Shown here one piece after another: positions 26,686-32,768 of a DNA stretch of 32,768 nt (position 1 is the first letter of the stretch; each line of letters opens with the position of its first letter). The position numbers and the translations under genes are program-made. The notes beneath the pieces were generated by a model. It was not told the origin of the DNA, made no database searches, and was given only the letters and a program-made list of their open reading frames with translations. The stretch lies in the NCBI GenBank assembly GCA_043751835.1, contig JAYUZK010000009.1, forward strand, positions 1 through 32,768, read 5' to 3'. The stretch is from Gemmatimonadota bacterium (GTDB lineage: Bacteria; Gemmatimonadota; Gemmatimonadetes; Gemmatimonadales; GWC2-71-9).

Positions 26686-28572
26686 ATGTTCCAACCAGGA
26701 GTGGCGCTCATGTTTCTGGATACGCTTCTACATCCATTGCGATGGTTCGGTGGAGCCGCCGCGGTTTCGATCCTGTTCGTCTCCGGCGGGGCGGCCCAGG
26801 ATGTTCGTCCCGACTACGTCAAGCGAACCGAAATGATCCGGATGCGCGACGGCGTCCTGCTCTACACGGAAATCTTCACCCCCGCCCACCAGGCCGGCCC
26901 GCTCCCGGTCCTGATGGAGCGCACGCCGTACAATGCCGCCCTGATCGGGCCCCGGCTTTCCAATCGCTACAAGCTCCTGGCAGACGACGCCTACATCTTC
27001 GTCTTCCAGGATGTTCGCGGCAAATACCAGTCCGAGGGAACCTTCGTGATGATCCGGCCACCTCGCGATCCGAAGCGAGGCGAAACGGTCGACGAAGGGA
27101 GCGATACCAACGACACCATCGACTGGCTTCTCAAGAATCTGCCCGGTCACAACGGCCGAGTGGGCATGGTGGGGATCTCCTACGGCGGCTGGCTCACCAT
27201 GATGGCGCTGGTGGATCCGCACCCGGCGCTCAAGGCCGTGTCGCCTCAGGCATCTCCCGACGACATGTACCTCGGCGACGATTTCCACCACAACGGGACG
27301 TTCCGCCTGAGCTATGGCTTCGAATACGTGGCGAGCCTGGAGGCCGGGCGGATCAGTGAACCCTGGCGTTTTGACCGGGCGGATACCTTCGAATGGTTCC
27401 TCAGGCTCGGCGGTCTGGCCAACGCCGATACTCGCTACTTCAAGGGCCAGCGGCCCACCTGGACCGATTTCGTCAATCATCCGAACTTCGATGAATTCTG
27501 GCAGCGCCGGAAGGTGAGTCCGGTGTTTGCTCACAAGCCGGTGACCGTGCCGACGCTGACGGTGGCGGGCTGGTGGGATCAGGAAGATTTCTATGGTCCG
27601 CTGACGATCTATCAGGCGATGGAACCGAACGACACGAAGGGCATCAACCACATCGTGATCGGCCCCTGGAACCACGGCGGCTGGGCCCGCGGAGACGGGA
27701 ACACACTGGGCCCGATTCAGTTCGGGACCAATGCCTCGGCCTGGTTTCGTGAGACGGTCGAAGGCCCCTGGTTCGCGTACTGGCTCAAGGATTGGGGCAC
27801 CCTCGACCTTCCCGAAGCGCTGACCTTCCGGGCCGGCGACAACACCTGGCAGCGTCACGACCATTGGCCGCCCCGGAGCGGGGTCTCGGCCAAGTCGCTC
27901 TATCTCCAGCCGGATGGCGGGCTCGGCTGGGAGGTTCCGCGGAGCGGCGCCGCGTTCTCCTCCTATGTATCCGATCCGAATCGTCCGGTGCCGTACCGGC
28001 GACGCCCGGTCACGCCGCTGTACGGGGGCAAGGTGCCTTCGACCTGGCCGTTGTGGGAGGTGGACGATCAGCGACACGCTCACCTTCGGCCGGACGTCCT
28101 CTCCTTCGATTCCGGAATGCTTGCCGATGACGTCACGATCTCGGGCCAAGTGACGGCGCGGCTCTTCGCGGCGACCACGGGTACCGATGCCGACTGGGTC
28201 GTCAAGCTGATCGACGTCTATCCGGAAGACGTGCCGGCGGATCCCATGATGGGCGGCTATCAGCTGATGGTGGTCAACGACGTCTTTCGGGCCCGCTTCC
28301 GAAAGAGCTACGAGCACCCAGCGCCGGTGGTCGCGAATCAGGTGGCGCCCTATACGGTCGACCTCCACGCGGCCGATTACACTTTCAAGAAGGGCCATCG
28401 CATCATGGTCCAGATCCAGAGCAGCTGGTTTCCGCTGATCGACCGGAACCCCCAGCGGTTTGTCTCCAACATCTTCCTCGCCAAGGACGTCGATTTCATG
28501 ACGGCAACCCAACGGATCTATCACTCGGCGCCCTATCCCAGCCGCATCGACGTGTCGGTGGTGAATCGGTGA
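26686..28572 (+). CDS. Secreted CocE/NonD family hydrolase (peptidase S15 / Xaa-Pro dipeptidyl-peptidase-like), paralog A
   Basis: ORF 26515..28572 (+). The start is at ATG 26686 or ATG 26710 (MFLDTLLHPLRWFGGAAAVSILFVSGGAAQ signal). Motifs are RTPYNA, the nucleophile elbow GISYGGW, GPWNHGG, and a C-terminal jelly-roll (HAADYTFKKGHRIMVQIQSSWFPLIDRNPQ). Confidence 0.9.
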   Translation: MFQPGVALMFLDTLLHPLRWFGGAAAVSILFVSGGAAQDVRPDYVKRTEMIRMRDGVLLYTEIFTPAHQAGPLPVLMERTPYNAALIGPRLSNRYKLLADDAYIFVFQDVRGKYQSEGTFVMIRPPRDPKRGETVDEGSDTNDTIDWLLKNLPGHNGRVGMVGISYGGWLTMMALVDPHPALKAVSPQASPDDMYLGDDFHHNGTFRLSYGFEYVASLEAGRISEPWRFDRADTFEWFLRLGGLANADTRYFKGQRPTWTDFVNHPNFDEFWQRRKVSPVFAHKPVTVPTLTVAGWWDQEDFYGPLTIYQAMEPNDTKGINHIVIGPWNHGGWARGDGNTLGPIQFGTNASAWFRETVEGPWFAYWLKDWGTLDLPEALTFRAGDNTWQRHDHWPPRSGVSAKSLYLQPDGGLGWEVPRSGAAFSSYVSDPNRPVPYRRRPVTPLYGGKVPSTWPLWEVDDQRHAHLRPDVLSFDSGMLADDVTISGQVTARLFAATTGTDADWVVKLIDVYPEDVPADPMMGGYQLMVVNDVFRARFRKSYEHPAPVVANQVAPYTVDLHAADYTFKKGHRIMVQIQSSWFPLIDRNPQRFVSNIFLAKDVDFMTATQRIYHSAPYPSRIDVSVVNR

Positions 28573-30425
28573 ACGTCCTCCGCTCGATCGGGCTCGTCGC
28601 GGGCCTGTCGCTGGTCTCGGCGATGCCGGCCGCGGGTCAGCATCTGCCGCCAGGTGCCCAGAAGGCCATGGACGGCTATGACCATTCCACGGTCATGATT
28701 TCGATGCGGGACGGGATTCGTCTCAATACGGTAGTGTGGCGCCCGAAGGATCAAGCCGGCCCGCTGCCGATCCTGTTCCAGCGGACGCCCTACGACGCCG
28801 ACGGAAACTGCCGAGGGATCTTCTTTGAGTACGCCGCCATTGTCAGGGAGCAATATCTGCTCGTCTGCCAGGACCTCCGGGGCAAGTATGGATCGGAAGG
28901 CAAGTTCTCCATGATGCGTCCGACCAAGGCTCCCGACGATAGCAAGACCGTCGATGAGACCACCGACGCCTACGACGCGATTGACTGGCTGGTCAAGAAT
29001 CTGCCGAACAACAACGGCCGCGTGGGGATGCGGGGCATTTCCTACGACGGGTGGACGACCATGATGGCGTTGCTCGATCCGCACCCCGCGCTCAAGGCCG
29101 CCTCGCCCCAGGCCTCCCCGGACGACATGTTCCTGGGCGACGACTTCCACCACAACGGGGCCTTCCGGCTGAGCTACGGCTTCGAATATGTGGCGGCCGT
29201 GGACGGGCAGACTTTCACGCCGTACGCCTTCGACCGCCTCGACACCTATGAGTGGTTCCTTCGCCTTGGCGGCCTGGCCAATGTCGACGGCAAGTACTTC
29301 CATCGGAACAAGCCGGCATGGACGGACTTCACCAGCCATCCGGCGTTCGACGAGTACTGGAAGTCCCGGAAGGTGATTCGGCACATCACCAGTGTGAAGG
29401 TGCCGACGCTGACGGTAGCCGGCTGGTGGGATCAGGAGGACTTCTACGGTCCGCTGACGATCTACGAGAAGATGGAGTCTCTCGACACCAAGGGGATCAA
29501 CTACCTGGTGATCGGGCCATGGAATCACGGCGGCTGGGTCGCGCCGGAGGGCTCGTCGCTCGGCCCGATCCAGTTCGGCAGCGCGACCAGCGCCTTCTTC
29601 CGGGACTCGGTCGAAGCCCGCTGGTTTGCCTACTGGCTCAAGGATAAGGGCACGCTCGACTTGCCCGAGGCCCTGACGTTCCGGGCAGGGACGAACACCT
29701 GGCAACGCCACGACTCGTGGCCGCCGAAGACCGGCGTGGCCGAGCGGAAGCTCTATTTCGGCCCGGGCAGTCGCCTGACCTGGGAGCCGCCGGCCGCGAC
29801 CGCGACGTTCGACAGCTATGTCTCGGATCCGGCGCATCCGGTGCCGTACCGGGCCCGGCCGATCGTGCCTCTCTACGGCAGCAAGCCGCGCTCGTCATGG
29901 CCGCTCTGGCAGCTCGACGATCAGCGACACAGTCACCTTCGGCCCGACGTGCTCACGTTCGAAATGAATCCCCTCGCCGAGGACCTCACGATCAGCGGCA
30001 AGGTCCTCGCCCGGCTGTTTGCTTCGACCACAGGCACCGACGCCGACTGGATCGTCAAGCTGATCGACGCCTATCCCGAGGACTATCCCGACGATCCGAA
30101 GATGGGTGGCTATCAACTGATGGTGGTGGGCGATGTGTTTCGCGGCCGGTTCGTCACCAGCTACGAGCGGCCCGCCGCGCTCACGCCCAACAAGGTCACC
30201 ATGTTCCCGGTCGATCTCCATGCCGCGGACTACACGTTCAAGCGGGGTCACCGGATCATGGTCCAAGTCCAGAGCACCTGGTTTCCGCTGATCGATCGGA
30301 ACCCCCAGACCTTCGTGGCCAACATCTTCGAGGCCCGCGACCAGGATTATCGAGCGGCAACCCAGCGGATCTTCCGGTCGGCGCGTTATCCGTCGCACCT
30401 GGCGGTCTCGGTGGTTACCCGGTGA
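28569..30425 (+). CDS. Secreted CocE/NonD family hydrolase (peptidase S15-like), paralog B
   Basis: The GTG start overlaps paralog A's stop (GTGA at 28569-28572). Signal MNVLRSIGLVAGLSLVSAMPAAGQ. It has GISYDGW and GPWNHGG, and is collinear with paralog A over its whole length, with long identical blocks such as TLTVAGWWDQEDFYGPLTIY. Confidence 0.9.
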   Translation: MNVLRSIGLVAGLSLVSAMPAAGQHLPPGAQKAMDGYDHSTVMISMRDGIRLNTVVWRPKDQAGPLPILFQRTPYDADGNCRGIFFEYAAIVREQYLLVCQDLRGKYGSEGKFSMMRPTKAPDDSKTVDETTDAYDAIDWLVKNLPNNNGRVGMRGISYDGWTTMMALLDPHPALKAASPQASPDDMFLGDDFHHNGAFRLSYGFEYVAAVDGQTFTPYAFDRLDTYEWFLRLGGLANVDGKYFHRNKPAWTDFTSHPAFDEYWKSRKVIRHITSVKVPTLTVAGWWDQEDFYGPLTIYEKMESLDTKGINYLVIGPWNHGGWVAPEGSSLGPIQFGSATSAFFRDSVEARWFAYWLKDKGTLDLPEALTFRAGTNTWQRHDSWPPKTGVAERKLYFGPGSRLTWEPPAATATFDSYVSDPAHPVPYRARPIVPLYGSKPRSSWPLWQLDDQRHSHLRPDVLTFEMNPLAEDLTISGKVLARLFASTTGTDADWIVKLIDAYPEDYPDDPKMGGYQLMVVGDVFRGRFVTSYERPAALTPNKVTMFPVDLHAADYTFKRGHRIMVQVQSTWFPLIDRNPQTFVANIFEARDQDYRAATQRIFRSARYPSHLAVSVVTR

Positions 30426-31813
30426 CCGACCTTCGCGCTACGGGTCTCGACCCGGCAGCCGAGGTGGAACTGAACACACTGCTCGGCGATCGATTCACGA
30501 CGTCGCCGGCCATTCGCGAGCATCATGGGCAAGGCGAGGCCTATCCAATTTCCCATCCACCGGACGCCGTCGCCTTTCCGAAGACGACCGAGGATGTGAG
30601 CCGGATCGCGACCATCTGCAGCCGCTACCGAACGCCGATGGTGGCCTGGGGCTCGGGATCGTCGCTCGAGGGCCATATCGCGGCGGTTCGGGGGGGTGTG
30701 ACGGTCGATTTTTCGGGAATGAACCAGATCACCCGCCTGTCGCAGGAAGATCTTGACGTGACGGTGGAGGCCGGCGTGACCCGGAAACAGCTGAACGAGG
30801 CCCTCAAGGGAACGGGGCTCGCCTTCTTCATCGATCCGGGCGCCGACGCAACGCTGGGCGGGATGGCGGCGACGCGGGCCTCCGGCACCACGGCGGTGCG
30901 CTACGGCACGATGCGCGAGAACATTCTTGGCCTGACGGTGGTGCTGGCAGACGGCCGGGTGATCCGGACCGGCGGGCGGGCCCGGAAGTCATCGGCCGGC
31001 TACGACCTCACCCGGCTGTTCGTCGGGTCGGAGGGGACCCTGGGGCTGATCACCGACGTGACGCTTCGGCTCCATGGGATACCGGCGGCGATCGCGGCGG
31101 CGGTTTGCCAATTCGCCACGCTCGACGGGGCGGTCGACACGGCGATTGCCACTATTCAGCTCGGGGTGCCGGTGGCCCGGATCGAATTGCTCGACGAGGT
31201 GTTCATGGGGGCCGTGAACAAGTACGCCAATCTCCAGTATGCCGCGGTCCCGACCCTCTTCTTCGAGTTCCACGGCGGCTCCGACCTGGCTGTCCGAGAG
31301 GATGCCGCGACGGTCAAGGAGTTGGCCGAGCAGAACGGCGGGTCCGACTTCCAGTGGGCCACCGACGAGGCGTCCCGTTCCAGGATCTGGAAAGCCCGGC
31401 ACGAAGCGTATTTTGCCGGCCTCACGATCCGGCCGGGCAGCCGATCGTGGATCACGGACGTGTGTGTGCCGATCTCCTGCCTGGCCGAGGCGATTCGGGC
31501 CACCAAGCGGGATATCGCGGAGTCGTTCATTCCGGGCGCGGTGCTCGGTCACGTCGGCGACGGCAACTTCCACGTCGGCTACATGATCGATCCGGCCAAT
31601 CCGGCGGAACTGACCGAGGCCAAGCGCCTGAATGACCGGATGGTGGACCGGGCGATCGCGGTCGGGGGTACCTGCACCGGCGAGCACGGCATCGGGCTTG
31701 GCAAGCAGGAATCGTTGCTCAAGGAACACGGTGAGGGCGTGCAGGTCATGCGGGAGATCAAGGGTGCGCTCGACCCCGACAATCTGCTCAATCCGGGAAA
31801 GATCTTTCGGTAG
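30422..31813 (+). CDS. FAD-linked oxidase, D-lactate / D-2-hydroxyacid dehydrogenase (GlcD/DLD-like)
   Basis: Within ORF 29717..31813 (+), the protein-like part begins at GTG 30422 (VTDLRATGLD...), overlapping the upstream stop as GTGA. The FAD-binding PCMH domain shows AFPKTTEDVSRI, WGSGSSLEGH, GYDLTRLFVGSEGTLG. The C-terminal motif is GTCTGEHGIGLGK ... LDPDNLLNPGKIF. There is no signal peptide. Confidence 0.9.
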   Translation: MTDLRATGLDPAAEVELNTLLGDRFTTSPAIREHHGQGEAYPISHPPDAVAFPKTTEDVSRIATICSRYRTPMVAWGSGSSLEGHIAAVRGGVTVDFSGMNQITRLSQEDLDVTVEAGVTRKQLNEALKGTGLAFFIDPGADATLGGMAATRASGTTAVRYGTMRENILGLTVVLADGRVIRTGGRARKSSAGYDLTRLFVGSEGTLGLITDVTLRLHGIPAAIAAAVCQFATLDGAVDTAIATIQLGVPVARIELLDEVFMGAVNKYANLQYAAVPTLFFEFHGGSDLAVREDAATVKELAEQNGGSDFQWATDEASRSRIWKARHEAYFAGLTIRPGSRSWITDVCVPISCLAEAIRATKRDIAESFIPGAVLGHVGDGNFHVGYMIDPANPAELTEAKRLNDRMVDRAIAVGGTCTGEHGIGLGKQESLLKEHGEGVQVMREIKGALDPDNLLNPGKIFR

Positions 31814-31837
31814 ACTCCTCCATCGGGGAATCACTCC

Positions 31838-32768
31838 ATGCGAATGCTTCTGGTGACCGCGACGTTCGCGGCGGCGACGGTGTTGCCGCTCGCCGCGCAA
31901 ACGCCTCACGATACTTCGGCGGCGGTGATCCGGGCCGGGCGCCTGTTCGACAGCGAAACCGGCGCGTTCGTCACCCATCGGGAGATTCTGGTTCGGAACG
32001 GCCGGATCGCCGCGGTCGGTGAGAAGGTCGACCATCCGGCCGGAGCGCGGCAGATCGATCTGAGCCGTTACACGGTGATGCCGGGTCTGATCGACGCGCA
32101 CACCCATCTTCTCTATCTCGCGGGCATCGGCGGCGGTCTCACGATGGAGGGCGTCAAGGCGGTGGTGAACGAGGGTCTGGCCCTCCGGGCGCTGCATGGC
32201 GCCGCGCGGGCCCGGACCTTCCTCGAGGCGGGCATCACCTCGGTCCGGGATCTCGGCAACAGCGGCCTCTTCGGCGACGTCGCCCTTCGCGACGCGATCG
32301 AGGACGGGAGCGTCGACGGGCCGAGGATGTTCGTCTCGGGGCCGGGGTTGAGTTCGGCCGGGGGCCAGTTTCCCGGCTTGAAGCGCGGCTACGAGGGGAT
32401 CGCGGGTGACGAATACCAGATCGTCCACAACGCCGCCGAGGCCGCCGATCTGGTCCGGCAGAACGTGACGTTCGGTGCGACGGTCATCAAGATCTACTCG
32501 AACAACACGCCCAACGTGGGGTATCTCTCGCTCGAGGAGATGCGGGCGATCGTGGCCGCGGCCAAGGTGCACGGAGTTCGGGTGGCGGCCCACGCCACCG
32601 ACGATGCCGCCGTGTACCGCGCGGCGCTGGCCGGCGTGAATTCAATCGAGCATGCCTACCGGGTGGAGGACTCCACCCTCGCGCTGATGGCGAAGAACGG
32701 GGTGACGATGGTCCCGACCGACATCGACAGCCTGACCCTGCTGCAGTACGCCAAACTCAGCAATCAGA
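31838..32768 (+). CDS. Secreted amidohydrolase family metallo-hydrolase (partial, continues past window end)
   Basis: My own translation from ATG 31838 gives MRMLLVTATFAAATVLPLAAQ (signal), then VMPGLIDAHTHL (HxH metal motif), VIKIYS, VAAHA and NSIEHA. The frame stays open to the window end. It is not in the ORF track because no stop codon is reached. Confidence 0.8.
   Translation, partial: MRMLLVTATFAAATVLPLAAQTPHDTSAAVIRAGRLFDSETGAFVTHREILVRNGRIAAVGEKVDHPAGARQIDLSRYTVMPGLIDAHTHLLYLAGIGGGLTMEGVKAVVNEGLALRALHGAARARTFLEAGITSVRDLGNSGLFGDVALRDAIEDGSVDGPRMFVSGPGLSSAGGQFPGLKRGYEGIAGDEYQIVHNAAEAADLVRQNVTFGATVIKIYSNNTPNVGYLSLEEMRAIVAAAKVHGVRVAAHATDDAAVYRAALAGVNSIEHAYRVEDSTLALMAKNGVTMVPTDIDSLTLLQYAKLSNQ

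Noticed and set aside
26004-26711. A 235-aa minus-strand ORF, and the 80-aa plus-strand ORF at 26059..26301, both crossing the AT-rich region. Their translations show odd SYD/YD peptide repeats.
   Set aside because: The peptide periodicity is a by-product of the DNA palindromes and GATATA repeats. The region is AT-rich and non-coding-like, and the rest of the ORF is Arg/Pro-rich shadow sequence opposite a plausible membrane-protein gene.
29717-30421. A 235-aa N-terminal extension of the FAD oxidase ORF (29717..31813).
   Set aside because: It lies entirely inside the well-supported S15 hydrolase B gene in another frame and is Arg-rich nonsense. The GTG at 30422 gives a normal DLD-type N-terminus.

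Overview
The window is GC-rich bacterial chromosomal DNA, about two-thirds G+C by eye. Coding frames show very high third-position GC, and antisense shadow ORFs are abundant. The gene content suggests a soil Gemmatimonadota- or Acidobacteriota-like organism, but that is a weak inference I cannot verify here. I support about 28 protein-coding genes. I see no rRNA, tRNA, CRISPR array, transposase or integrase.

Gene order:
- 1-5541: a sugar/glycoside oxidation cluster. It holds a TAT-exported Gfo/Idh/MocA oxidoreductase, a TAT-exported xylose-isomerase-like TIM barrel, a beta-lactamase-family serine hydrolase, a cytoplasmic Gfo/Idh/MocA enzyme and an NHS-type MFS transporter.
- 5577-7796: a TonB-dependent receptor.
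- 7806-11831: two tandem paralogous Ser/Thr kinases (zinc ribbon, kinase, TM, Sel1 repeats).
- 12029-14407: efp, an uncharacterised conserved protein and signal peptidase I.
- 14839-18128: a three-gene copper cluster. It encodes a cupredoxin/NosD-like beta-helix membrane protein, a TAT-exported two-domain NirK/multicopper-oxidase-like protein with a non-canonical ligand set, and a cupredoxin lipoprotein with a 10-proline tether.
- 18201-20650: adenosylhomocysteinase directly downstream of an ArsR-HTH/SAM-methyltransferase-fold (SahR-like) regulator.
- 20749-22803: an amidase and a DUF6265-like protein.
- 23035-26034: an operon of PadR, a small membrane coiled-coil protein and an ABC-2 exporter, with a conspicuous AT-rich palindrome array upstream.
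- 26196-26630: a small polytopic membrane protein.
- 26686-32768: two tandem CocE/NonD (S15) hydrolase paralogs translationally coupled to a D-lactate-dehydrogenase-like FAD oxidase, then a secreted amidohydrolase that is partial at the window edge.

The most interesting candidate for something undescribed is the copper cluster at 14839-18128. Secondary leads are the EF-P with an Asn loop tip, the gene linked to it, and the phased GATATA/palindrome operator array at 26078-26152.
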